Below, in pieces: positions 10,915 to 25,036 of a stretch of DNA of 64,000 bases. This stretch comes from Escherichia coli. GTDB lineage: Bacteria; Pseudomonadota; Gammaproteobacteria; Enterobacterales; Enterobacteriaceae. The first letter of the stretch is position 1; every line of letters starts with the position of its first letter. A model generated the notes under the pieces. That model was given only the letters and a program-made list of their open reading frames with translations, had not been told where the DNA came from and did not search any database. The stretch is taken from assembly GCF_003790525.1 (NCBI RefSeq), contig NZ_CP033635.1. One strand, written 5' to 3'. Position numbers and translations under genes: made by a program.

Positions 10915-12423
10915 ATGGAATGGCAACAATTGCTTAACTGCAACCGTCGGAAAGATAATCTAAAAAAAACCAGCATAGAATTTTTACATCCCCTTGCTAG
11001 CGGAAGACAAGAGATCGAGCGGGATTACGACCGATTACTTTTTGCTGCGCCAACTCGTCGGCTTGCGGATAAAACACAAGTTTTCCCGTTAGATCAAAAT
11101 GACAGTATACGGACGAGGCTGACTCATTCTCACGAAGTAGCAAACTTTGCTCGCGGAATAGGAATGAGACTCGCTTTCGAGATGAAGGAACACATCTTTG
11201 GCGAAATACCCACGGGGATTGTCGTTGAACGCGACGTTCCTGCTCTGTTAGCAGCGATCGGACTGGCACACGATCTCGGTAATCCACCATTTGGGCATCA
11301 AGGTGAAGCAGCGATGCGCGCATGGTTTAATAAAAATCTTCCAGGCCTTCTTGATAAAGAAGTAAACAGCGAAATATATAACGACTTTCTGCAATTTGAT
11401 GGAAACTCACAAACCCTACGCCTGGTTACCAAATTACAAATTATTAACGATAACTTTGGTCTGAATCTGACCTATGCCACGCTGGCTGCACTGATCAAAT
11501 ATCCCCGAGCTTCATATTCATCGGACAAACATTGGAAAAAGCACGGTTTTTTCTATTCTGAGCATGAGGTTGTCATGGATGTCTGGCAGCAAACGGGCCT
11601 TGGCGTACCAGGTAATGATGCCGGTTGCCGCCACCCATTTACCTGGATAATGGAAGCTTGCGACGATATTGCCTACTCTGTGCTTGACGCAGAAGATACC
11701 ATCAAGAAAGGATTTGCCTCATACCAGGATTTGCGTGATTTTTTGATGTCACAATCCGAGCCGAACGATGTAATTCAACATGTTATTGAAGCTGTAGAGG
11801 CCAAAAATGACGCCTGGAAAGAGCAAAGAAATGCACTTTCACCGGCGGAAATTAATGAACTCAGTATGCAAATGTTCAGAGTTTATGCCACCAGTGCATT
11901 GATTAATGCCGTAGTAGAAGCCTTTCGCGAACAATTACCCACGCTGATGCAGCGTGACTGCCCGTTCAAAGATTTAATCTCGCAAAGCAAAGGTCACGCT
12001 CTCTGCACTGCCCTGAAAATGTTCGACCGAACACGAGGCTACCTTCATCGTTCAGTCTTGCAACTGGAACTTAGGGGATCTAATTACATTACTAACTTGA
12101 TGGATATGCTCTGGATTGGCATCCATGGACACAAAACAAAGAAACAACGAGACGGAGAACGCGAGTCCGCGTCTGCAGATAACCTTTTTGTTTCTCGTGA
12201 AGAATACCTGTCGGATACTCCCTTTGGTCGCTATGCTTACGGGACAATCTCTGAAAATTATCGCCGTGTGTTTGAAGATCCCGCCAATACACTCCCTGCT
12301 CTTTATAAAGAAGCGCAGTTGCTTACCGACGCAATCTCAGGCATGACGGATAGTTATTTAATGCGCCTTCACGATGAGCTAAAATCACTGTATGAATGTG
12401 GTCTCAAACACCCAACAGCTTGA
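10915..12423 (+). CDS. dGTP triphosphohydrolase (Dgt)-family HD-domain protein, extra paralog in non-native locus
   Basis: 502-aa ORF; motifs RRLADKTQVFPL, RTRLTHSHEV, HDLGNPPFGHQGE, FDGNSQTLRL, WIMEACDDIAYSVLDAEDTI, ISGMTDSYL align with E. coli Dgt by eye; AT-rich; opposite strand to flanking flagellar genes. Confidence 0.8.
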   Translation: MEWQQLLNCNRRKDNLKKTSIEFLHPLASGRQEIERDYDRLLFAAPTRRLADKTQVFPLDQNDSIRTRLTHSHEVANFARGIGMRLAFEMKEHIFGEIPTGIVVERDVPALLAAIGLAHDLGNPPFGHQGEAAMRAWFNKNLPGLLDKEVNSEIYNDFLQFDGNSQTLRLVTKLQIINDNFGLNLTYATLAALIKYPRASYSSDKHWKKHGFFYSEHEVVMDVWQQTGLGVPGNDAGCRHPFTWIMEACDDIAYSVLDAEDTIKKGFASYQDLRDFLMSQSEPNDVIQHVIEAVEAKNDAWKEQRNALSPAEINELSMQMFRVYATSALINAVVEAFREQLPTLMQRDCPFKDLISQSKGHALCTALKMFDRTRGYLHRSVLQLELRGSNYITNLMDMLWIGIHGHKTKKQRDGERESASADNLFVSREEYLSDTPFGRYAYGTISENYRRVFEDPANTLPALYKEAQLLTDAISGMTDSYLMRLHDELKSLYECGLKHPTA

Positions 12424-13144
12424 ACAGCGTATCGCCGATTTTTTTACGCTTAGTGATGAGCATAAGAAAGCCAGAGTATTACTTGATACTCTGGCCTGTT
12501 CCTGTCCGGCCTGGATTTTTGGCGGGATGGTGCGTGACTTAGGCTTGTTTGGCGTCGAGGGATTCTCTTCAGACCTTGATATCGTCATCGGTCGCTCCCG
12601 TGAGGAACTCTTCCGGACATTGGCTGAACTGCCCGTCAAACAACTGCGTTTTAATAAGTTCGGTGGGATCCGTTTTCGTTATCACGACTTCGAATTTGAT
12701 ATCTGGAACCTCAATGAGACATGGGCATTTCGGGAAAAACTTATATTTTGTGAGGATGAATCAAGTCTGTTAAACACTACGCTGATGAGTTGGGATGCCG
12801 TGCTCTATGATCTACGTAGTGAAAAAATTATCAGTAAAGATAATTATTTGACCGACTTAAATCGCAGACATCTTGAACTTGTTCTTCATACTAACCCCAA
12901 TCCAAGCGGTTCGGTAACGAAAATTTTACGCACTATTTTTACTAAGCAGGTAAAGAGTTTAGGTCCGGAACTCTGTCATTTCTTGCACCATGAACTGACG
13001 AAAAAACGTTATGAAGTTTGGCATCATTACGATGTACTGCACTACCAGTCATCGTCATTTTCTCGTTCACAATTTAATGCGTTGATAAATTTACTGGCGC
13101 AACAATCACGCTTCGCTGATCTAAAATTATCAAATTACAAATAA
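12392..13144 (+). CDS. Pol-beta superfamily nucleotidyltransferase, CCA-adding/poly(A) polymerase head-like
   Basis: 250-aa ORF with IFGGMVRDLGLFGVEGFSSDLDIVI, matching the GGxVRD...DxD head motif of class II tRNA nucleotidyltransferases; overlaps preceding gene by 32 nt; very AT-rich. Confidence 0.55.
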   Translation: MNVVSNTQQLEQRIADFFTLSDEHKKARVLLDTLACSCPAWIFGGMVRDLGLFGVEGFSSDLDIVIGRSREELFRTLAELPVKQLRFNKFGGIRFRYHDFEFDIWNLNETWAFREKLIFCEDESSLLNTTLMSWDAVLYDLRSEKIISKDNYLTDLNRRHLELVLHTNPNPSGSVTKILRTIFTKQVKSLGPELCHFLHHELTKKRYEVWHHYDVLHYQSSSFSRSQFNALINLLAQQSRFADLKLSNYK

Positions 13145-13231
13145 CCATCCTCCACATACTTCCTGAACGATACCCGCCCCCCTGCTATCGGCCTGGCATC
13201 ATCGCGCAGGCCGAAGTTAAGGCAATACAAA

Positions 13232-13876
13232 TCAAAATCCAAGACTATCCAACAAATCGTCCACCTGATCCTGACTGGCTACCACACCGGCTTTGCTGGT
13301 ATCGACCTGAGGTCCATTAAGCAAACTCTGGTTTTCACGTTTTGGACGCGACTCCTGTTCCGGGATGTTTTCCAACAGCACCATCAGCAACTGACGTTCG
13401 ATCTCCTGAATGACATCCATCATCCGCTTAATGACCTGCCCGGTGAGATCCTGAAAATCCTGCGCCATCATGATTTCCAGCAGTTGCGCGTTAGTAAAGC
13501 TGGTATGCGCGGGGACATCTGCCAGAAATTGCCGCGTATCTGTTACCAGTTCACGGGCGTCGGCAAGGTCAATCGGATCGGCAAACCAGTCATCCCAACG
13601 TTGGGTTAACGCTTTTGCTGATTTCTCCATTTGATCCTGATGCGGTTGTGACGCCTCAACACTGTTCAGCGCCCGCTCCGCAGCCTGGGCGGTCATCTGC
13701 ACAACATAGTACAAACGATCGCGCGCATCGGGGATGGCTTCCGCCGCTTCGGCAATGGCCTGATCCAGCCCCAGCTCCCGCAAACTGTCGCGCAGCATAC
13801 GCGTCAGGCTGCCGATGCGCGCAATGATATCGCCAGCTGAATGCTCGTCAGCAGGTTTGATTGATGGTTGCATCAT
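13232..13876 (-). CDS. cheZ: CheY-P phosphatase CheZ
   Basis: [35 protein letters not shown]... (214 aa from MMQPS). Confidence 0.96.
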
Positions 13877-13886
13877 AGTCGCATCC

Positions 13887-15340
<1,454 letters not shown>

Positions 15341-15342
15341 CG

Positions 15343-16203
15343 TTAATCCTTACTTAGCGCATACACCGTCTGACCACGCAGCGTGAAGCGGCGCTCAAGG
15401 TGGCTAAAGTTTTCAGAGTGACCCGCAAACAGCAATCCGTCGGGTTTAAGGAGCGGAACAAAGCGGCGCAAAATCTCCTGCTGGGTAGTTTGATCGAAGT
15501 AGATCATGACGTTACGACAGAAGATCGCATCAAACGGCCCCGGCACGGTGTACTGTTTCGCCAGTAAATTCAGCGGGGCAAAATCAACATAGTTCGCCAG
15601 CTCCTGACGCACGCGTACCAGCCCTTCATGCGGTCCCGTCCCTCGCATGAAATACCGTTGCAGTTGCTGCGGCGTCAGGTTTTTCAACTCTTCATGGCGA
15701 TAAATACCGCTTCTGGCTTTTTCCAGCACTTCGGTGTCGATATCGCTGGCAAACACTTTCCAGCGTCCGGGCACGGTGCCCAATGTTTCAGCCAGCGTCA
15801 TCGCAATGCTGTACGGCTCTTCGCCGGTCGAAGCCGCCGCGCTCCATACGCGATACTCGCCAAAACGGCGACGTGCGTGATCCGCGAGCAGAGGGAAATG
15901 GTGTGCCTCACGGAAAAATGCCGTCAGATTCGTGGTCAGCGAATTGATAAACGCCTGCCACTCACCGCTGTGCTGATTAGATTCCAGCAAGTTCAGGTAA
16001 TGGCCGAAATCCGTCAGTCCCAGCGAACGCAAACGACGAACCAGTCGGTTGTAAACCATGTCGCGTTTATGGTCGGCCAGGACGATCCCGGCTCGTTGAT
16101 AGATCAATTGACTTATCCGCCGAAAATGCGCGTCGGAAAGCGCCAGGCGCTCGGTCATCTGTAACAATAAAGACGTTTGCCCACAGGGCAGAGATGAAGT
16201 CAT
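15343..16203 (-). CDS. cheR: chemotaxis methyltransferase CheR
   Basis: 286-aa [27 protein letters not shown]... Confidence 0.97.
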   Translation of the reverse strand: MTSSLPCGQTSLLLQMTERLALSDAHFRRISQLIYQRAGIVLADHKRDMVYNRLVRRLRSLGLTDFGHYLNLLESNQHSGEWQAFINSLTTNLTAFFREAHHFPLLADHARRRFGEYRVWSAAASTGEEPYSIAMTLAETLGTVPGRWKVFASDIDTEVLEKARSGIYRHEELKNLTPQQLQRYFMRGTGPHEGLVRVRQELANYVDFAPLNLLAKQYTVPGPFDAIFCRNVMIYFDQTTQQEILRRFVPLLKPDGLLFAGHSENFSHLERRFTLRGQTVYALSKD

Positions 16204-16221
16204 AGCGCCTTCTCAATCACT

Positions 16222-17823
16222 TCAGGATACCACTGGCGCAATTTGTAACTGCGCCGACTCATGTCGTGCTACTTCATGCTCTTCAAGGGTAAATACCGCC
16301 ACGCGCGACGAAAGATGGTCGGCCTGATTCGCCAGTTGTTCCGTTGCCACCGCCGCTTCTTCTACCAGGGAGGCGTTCTGCTGTGTCACCTGATCCATCT
16401 GGCTGACAGCCTGTGCAACCTGCTCAATCCCCCGCCGTTGTTCTTCCGAGGCCGAAGCAATTTCTCCCATAATGTCGTTCACGCGGGTCACCGAACTGAC
16501 AATATCGGTCATGGTCCCGGCGGCGTTATTCACCAGTTTCGAACCCTGCTGGACACGATTGACTGACTCTTCGATCAGCCCTTTGATCTCTTTTGCTGCC
16601 TGGGCGCTACGGCTGGCAAGATTGCGCACTTCACCTGCCACGACCGCAAAACCACGCCCCTGCTCTCCGGCGCGAGCCGCTTCCACTGCCGCATTCAGGG
16701 CCAGAATATTGGTCTGGAAAGCAATGCCGTCGATAACGCTGATAATGTCGCCAATTTTTTGCGAACTGGTGGCGATCTCCTGCATGGTGTGAGTCATGGT
16801 ACTGACCTGAACACCGCCCGCCTGCGCCGTTGTCGCGGCATTTTTTGCCAGTTCCGACGCCTGTCGTGCGTTATCGGCGTTTTGCCCTACCGTGGCGGTT
16901 AATTGCTCCATACTGGCGGCCGTTTGTGCCAGCGATGCCGCCTGCTGTTCGGTGCGACTTGAGAGATCGTTATTGCCTGCGACAATCTCCGCGATACCAA
17001 TGTGCATCTCCTGGCTTCCCTTACGCACATCACTTACCGTCCCACGCAAAGCCTGCTGCATGGTCTTCAGACTGGCAAAAATGGCGGTGATCTCATTGCG
17101 ACCATATACCGCAATCGGACGCGCCAGATTACCCGCAGCAATGCTGTCAAAATGGCTACCGATGATGGCCAGTGGTTGAACAATCATCTTGCGCGTCCAC
17201 CACAGCGCACTGCTGATGTAGAGCGCTGCAACAATAATCATGCTGATAAACACCAGCGCCGAAATGTGATAGTTACGCTGGCTTTGCGCACTGGCACCTT
17301 CCAGCACATGGTTGATCTCCTGCTGCCAGACCTCAAAGTTAACGTCAAACGCATTTTGTGATTCCTGCACCGGCGCTGAGAGGAAATCCGAAAGTTGATT
17401 ACTTTCAAGCCAGGTCGCCTGATGTTCGAGATCGTTGTGCCAGCGGGCAAAACTTTTCTCCGTCTCTTTTTGCAACGCCCTGACGTGCTCGTTGCCCGCA
17501 GTCATCGCCATAAAACTTTTAAACAGCGTGGTGGATTGCGTCAGACTGGCGCGCGCCGTCGTCATCAACGTTTTAATGTCATCCGCCGGATAGCTAAGCG
17601 CCGTCAGAGTGCCCGCTTTGTTCAGCGCGGTACTGGCCTGTAACATTACCGCCCGAGTTTGCGCTAAAGCCGCACGTTGCTGATTGCTCTGCTCGACCTG
17701 ATTCAGTCGTTGCACATCGTCGCGAAATGCCCAAAAAGACATGCCGTTACTGCCAATCTGCAAGATCCCGCAGAGAATCAAAATTAAAAACAGCGTGGTC
17801 GAAATTCGAATACGATTAAACAT
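16222..17823 (-). CDS. tap: methyl-accepting chemotaxis protein IV (dipeptide/pyrimidine) Tap
   Basis: ORF MFNRIRISTTLFLILILCGILQIGSNGMSFWAFRDD...; MCP signalling domain. Confidence 0.95.
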   Translation of the reverse strand: MFNRIRISTTLFLILILCGILQIGSNGMSFWAFRDDVQRLNQVEQSNQQRAALAQTRAVMLQASTALNKAGTLTALSYPADDIKTLMTTARASLTQSTTLFKSFMAMTAGNEHVRALQKETEKSFARWHNDLEHQATWLESNQLSDFLSAPVQESQNAFDVNFEVWQQEINHVLEGASAQSQRNYHISALVFISMIIVAALYISSALWWTRKMIVQPLAIIGSHFDSIAAGNLARPIAVYGRNEITAIFASLKTMQQALRGTVSDVRKGSQEMHIGIAEIVAGNNDLSSRTEQQAASLAQTAASMEQLTATVGQNADNARQASELAKNAATTAQAGGVQVSTMTHTMQEIATSSQKIGDIISVIDGIAFQTNILALNAAVEAARAGEQGRGFAVVAGEVRNLASRSAQAAKEIKGLIEESVNRVQQGSKLVNNAAGTMTDIVSSVTRVNDIMGEIASASEEQRRGIEQVAQAVSQMDQVTQQNASLVEEAAVATEQLANQADHLSSRVAVFTLEEHEVARHESAQLQIAPVVS

Positions 17824-17868
17824 CAACGCTCCCCATCAGGCGGCAATGACCGCGTTAGTAAATACTCG

Positions 17869-19530
17869 TCAAAATGTTTCCCAGTTTGGATCTTGTTCAG
17901 TAATTCGCAGTCGTGGCTGTGCCGGTGGTTGCTCACTGGCAGGACGGGATGGTGTTTGCGGTTTATTGGTGAGTGGGCTGGCTGCCAGACGGAACGCGGA
18001 AACCGCTTGCGTTAAACGACTCGCCTGTTCTTCCAGCGCAGCTGCGGCGGCAGCTGATTCCTGCACCAGCGATGCGTTCTGTTGCGTGACGCGATCCATT
18101 TCCGAAACCGCCAATGCGACTTGATCGATGCCACGGCTCTGTTCATCCGATGCCGATGCAATCTCGCCCATAATGTCAGTCACGCGAGTGACAGCATTGA
18201 CGATATTGTTCATTGTTTCCCCGGCGCTTTCGACCAGCACCGAACCGGTATCAACGCGCGAGACGGAGTCTTCAATGAGGGCTTTGATCTCTTTTGCCGC
18301 CTGGGCGCTGCGACTGGCAAGATTACGCACTTCGCCCGCCACCACGGCAAAACCACGGCCCTGTTCACCCGCTCGCGCGGCTTCAACAGCGGCATTCAGC
18401 GCGAGTATATTAGTCTGGAAGGCAATACCGTCGATAACGCTGATAATGTCGGCAATTTTCTTCGAACTATCGGCGATCTCATGCATCGTTTTCACTACGC
18501 CATCCACCACTTTGCCGCCGTGCTGGGCGGTGTCGGAGGCACTTTGCGCCAGTTGCGAGGCCTGGCGGGCGTTATCGGCGTTTTGCTTCACTGTCGCGGT
18601 GAGCTGCTCCATGCTGGCGGCAGTTTCTTCCAGCGCGGATGCCTGCTGTTCCGTACGGGAGGAAAGATCGGTGTTGCCCGCCGCAATTTCACGGGTACCG
18701 GCATAGATGGCATCTGAACCTTCACGCACATGAGTGACGGTGTCAGTCAAAGAGCGTTGCATATGTGAAACGCTCTGCGCCAGGTCGCCCATTTCACTGC
18801 GCCCGTCAATGGTCAGGGTATTCGCCAGGTTACCACCGGCGATTTCGCGAATGTGAGCAATAATTTTTGCCAGCGGTGTAAGCAACATACGGCGAATGCC
18901 GTACCACGCCACCAGCAGAATCAATATCACCACCAGCGCGATAACCGCCAGTTGCCACTGGGCAAATCGGTAATCATCTGCGTTGTCAGTGACGATATCG
19001 CGATACAGTTTTTCACTGCTGAGGGCGTACTGAGCAAACGCTTCGCCCATTGCATTTTGCATTCCCTGGGTTGGCTGAGCGAAATAAGCTCCAGTATTGC
19101 CATAATCAAGATAATCAATCAGTTCAGTTAACGCTGTGTGATAGTTTTTATATTTTTCATCAATATTACGACTGGTAGCGACCATTTCAGGTAACGGTGC
19201 CATGCTTTTGAATTTTTTATAATGCGTCGCGGCCTGGGCCAATGTTTTCCTGGCGCTATCGAGCAATTCAACTTTGGCATTACTTTGCTGATTGGATGAA
19301 TCCATCATCATCCGCACCGCTGAACGACTCAGGTTAATGCGCGTTTGCAGCATTAAATCCCAGGTTGACGTCAGCTCGCCCTGCTGTTCCCGTAATTGAT
19401 TGGAAACCACAAAGCTCTTCTGGCTATGGTGAAGGGAAGAAAAAAACAGACTGCCGGAAATAAGCTGTAACAGTGCAAATACCCCCAGCACCATTACCAA
19501 CAGCGTGACTACGCGGATACGGTTAATCAT
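17869..19530 (-). CDS. tar: methyl-accepting chemotaxis protein II (aspartate/maltose) Tar
   Basis: [29 protein letters not shown]... ending NWETF pentapeptide. Confidence 0.96.
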   Translation of the reverse strand: MINRIRVVTLLVMVLGVFALLQLISGSLFFSSLHHSQKSFVVSNQLREQQGELTSTWDLMLQTRINLSRSAVRMMMDSSNQQSNAKVELLDSARKTLAQAATHYKKFKSMAPLPEMVATSRNIDEKYKNYHTALTELIDYLDYGNTGAYFAQPTQGMQNAMGEAFAQYALSSEKLYRDIVTDNADDYRFAQWQLAVIALVVILILLVAWYGIRRMLLTPLAKIIAHIREIAGGNLANTLTIDGRSEMGDLAQSVSHMQRSLTDTVTHVREGSDAIYAGTREIAAGNTDLSSRTEQQASALEETAASMEQLTATVKQNADNARQASQLAQSASDTAQHGGKVVDGVVKTMHEIADSSKKIADIISVIDGIAFQTNILALNAAVEAARAGEQGRGFAVVAGEVRNLASRSAQAAKEIKALIEDSVSRVDTGSVLVESAGETMNNIVNAVTRVTDIMGEIASASDEQSRGIDQVALAVSEMDRVTQQNASLVQESAAAAAALEEQASRLTQAVSAFRLAASPLTNKPQTPSRPASEQPPAQPRLRITEQDPNWETF

Positions 19531-19561
19531 AAGGCACCTTCCTGAAAACAAGTTGATCTCG

Positions 19562-19588
19562 TTATCGGCAAGGAAGGGGGAAACTTTA
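19562..19588 (-). promoter_or_regulatory. sigma28 (FliA) class-3 promoter of tar-tap-cheRBYZ operon
   Basis: Minus-strand TAAAGTTT-N11-GCCGATAA, perfect consensus. Confidence 0.9.
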
Positions 19589-19616
19589 TTGCTGATGCCA
19601 CCCGCCGCGAAATTGA

Positions 19617-19647
19617 AATAAAAAACCCGATGCGCAGATCATCGGGT
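19617..19647 (-). terminator. intrinsic terminator of motAB-cheAW (mocha) operon
   Basis: Hairpin cccgatg/catcggg followed on minus strand by a long T-run. Confidence 0.75.
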
Positions 19648-19674
19648 TCATTTCAATTGAGGAAATCGGGAGAA

Positions 19675-20178
19675 TTACGCCACTTCTGACGCCGCGCTAT
19701 CTAACAGCGCCATCTCTTCGCTGTTCAGCAGTTTTTCGATGTTCACCAGAATCAACATCCGGTCGCCCAGTGCGCCCAGTCCTGTGAGATATTCGGTTGA
19801 AAGCGTCACGGCAAATTCCGGTGCCGGACGAATTTGCTCCGCCGTCAATGAAAGCACGTCTGAGACGCCGTCAACCACGATGCCGACCACCCGCTGTCCG
19901 AGATTCAGGACGATAACTACCGTGTTGTCGTTATAGTCCACATCCACCTGGCTGAACTTAATTCGTAAGTCAACAATCGGCACAATAACGCCGCGCAGAT
20001 TCGTGACGCCTTTGATAAACGCTGGCGTGTTCGCAATCCGTGTCACCTGATCGTAGCCACGGATCTCCTGCACTTTCAGAATATCAATACCGTACTCTTC
20101 ATCACCAAGGGTAAATACCAGAAATTCCTGGCCTGACGGCTCGCTGGCCAGCTTTGTTACATTCGTCATACCGGTCAT
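19675..20178 (-). CDS. cheW: chemotaxis coupling protein CheW
   Basis: 167-aa [37 protein letters not shown]... Confidence 0.97.
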
Positions 20179-20198
20179 ATTGTTACCTTTTTACTCAT

Positions 20199-23090
<2,892 letters not shown>

Positions 23091-23094
<4 letters not shown>

Positions 23095-23978
23095 GCTTCC
23101 TCGGTTGTCGTCTGTTGTTGCGGATTTTTCACCGCACGCACATGCTCTTCCAGTTCAATAAACGACGGACGTTCGCTGGAATAGAGCGTTTTGCGACCAA
23201 ACTCAACGGCGATAGGCGGTGCGTAACCGTTCAGATTAGAAAGCAGAGTGACTTTGACGCACTGCATCATTTTGCTGGTTTCGGCGCTTTTCTGACGTAA
23301 AACACTCGCTAATGGGGAAATAAATCCGTAAGCCAATAAAATGCCGAGGAAAGTCCCCACCATCGCATGTGCGATAAGCGCACCCAGCTCGGCGGCAGGA
23401 CGATCGGCTGAACCTAACGCGTGAACGACCCCCATTACAGCCGCGACAATACCAAACGCCGGAAGTGAGTCCCCGACCAGCGCCAGACTGTTCGCCGGGA
23501 CTTCTGCCTCGCTTTCGTGCGTCTCAATCTCTTCATCCATCAGGGCTTCGATTTCGAAGGTGTTCATATGACCGCTGATAATCAGACGCAGATAATCGAC
23601 GATAAAATCAAGCATGACGCTATCCGCGAGGATGCGTGGGTAGCTGGCGAAGATCTCGCTCTCACGGGGATTTTCAATATCACGTTCCAGCGAAAACATC
23701 CCCATCTGCCGCGATTTCGCCATCAACCGATAAAGCAGAGCCAGCAGATCCATATACATTGCTTTGGTGTATTTGGAGCGACGAAACAGCAACGGCAGCG
23801 CCTTCAGCGTGCCTTTAATCGCTTTGCCATTATTGCCGACGATAAACGACCCAATCCCTGCACCGGCAATAATCACCAGTTCAGCGGGTTGATAGAGTGC
23901 TCCAAGGCTTCCACCGGTCATCAAATAACCGCCGAAAACTGTACCGAGAACAACCAGGTAACCTAATAAGATAAGCAC
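23091..23978 (-). CDS. motA: flagellar motor stator protein MotA (GTG start)
   Basis: 295-aa [26 protein letters not shown]...; overlaps motB by 4 nt. Confidence 0.97.
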
Positions 23979-24046
23979 GACATCATCCTTCCACTGTTGA
24001 CCATGACAGGATGTTCAGTCGTCAGGCGTTAACGCGCGATTGGGGC

Positions 24047-24078
24047 AAAAAAAAGCAGCGGTACGTCGTTACCGCTGC
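24047..24078 (-). terminator. intrinsic terminator of flhDC operon
   Basis: Hairpin gcagcggta/taccgctgc followed on minus strand by T8. Confidence 0.8.
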
Positions 24079-24104
24079 TGGAATGTTGCGCCTCACCGTA
24101 TCAG

Positions 24105-24683
24105 TTAAACAGCCTGTACTCTCTGTTCATCCAGCAGTTGTGGGATAATATCGGCAGGATTCTGGGAAAGTTTACGTCTTTTTACTGCCCGGGATGGCGG
24201 TTGACATAAGCTGCAGGCAAAGCTGCCAACAGGCTGGTGAGCGTGGGTAATAAAATTGCCGCCGCAGCAGTTGCAGCTGGAAAGTTGCAGTAATCCACTT
24301 TCAACAAACCGCACCAATGTCCAGGCACGGGTTAATGCCAGCAGTGGTCCTTCTTCTGCTTGTGGGCACTGTTCAAGGTATAAACGGTAGGCTTTGATCA
24401 CCGCATCGACGCCATTACACAAACCGGTTTTCAGTAAAAACTGCCATGCATTACAGAACATCGAAGCATGAACGTTTTGTTCCCAGGTCATAAACCAGTC
24501 GGTTGAGAATGGCAGCATGCCTTTCGGCGGTGGGCTTCCGCGCAGTTCTTTATAAAGTTTTATCAGGCGTCCGCGACTTAACTGTGTTTCGCTTTCCAGC
24601 ATCTGCAAACGAGCGCCCAGGGTGATCAATTCCATTGCCAGCTGAATATCCCGCGCTTCCTGAACAATGCTTTTTTCACTCAT
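24105..24683 (-). CDS. flhC: flagellar master regulator FlhC
   Basis: 192-aa [30 protein letters not shown]... Confidence 0.97.
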
Positions 24684-24685
24684 GA

Positions 24686-25036
24686 TCAGGCCCTTTTCTT
24701 GCGCAGCGCTTCTTCAGGCTGATTAACATCATTCAGCAAGCGTGTTGAGAGCATGATGCCGGTATGAATTTGCTGGAGATCGTCAACGCGGGAATCTTGC
24801 GTCAACTGAGTAATCGTCTGGTGGCTGTCAAAACGGAAGTGACAAACCAGTTGATTGGTTTCTGCCAGCTTAACCATTTGCGGAAGAGTCAGTGCCGCTA
24901 ACGTTGTCGCCATTTCTTCATTTATGCCGAGACGAAACATAGCGGACGCTTTGTCCTGAACAATCAAACGCTGTGCAAGTAGTAAATATGACAAGTTGAT
25001 GTCATAAATGTGTTTCAGCAACTCGGAGGTATGCAT
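24686..25036 (-). CDS. flhD: flagellar master regulator FlhD
   Basis: [32 protein letters not shown]... (116 aa). Confidence 0.97.

Noticed and set aside
12385-12773. Short ORFs (84 aa minus strand; 74 aa plus strand alternative frame) inside the inserted cassette
   Set aside because: Overlap the NTase gene in other frames; the long frames with recognisable HD and NTase motifs are the better models.
18082-18717. 211-aa and 192-aa plus-strand ORFs inside tar (and analogous ORFs 16472-17361 inside tap)
   Set aside because: Antisense to MCP genes; Ala/Arg/Ser-rich translations typical of reverse frames of GC-rich coding sequence.
23979-24046. Sigma28 promoter for motA between the flhC terminator and the motA start
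   Set aside because: A promoter is expected here from established knowledge, but I could not find a convincing TAAA-N15-GCCGATAA match by eye, so no feature is asserted.
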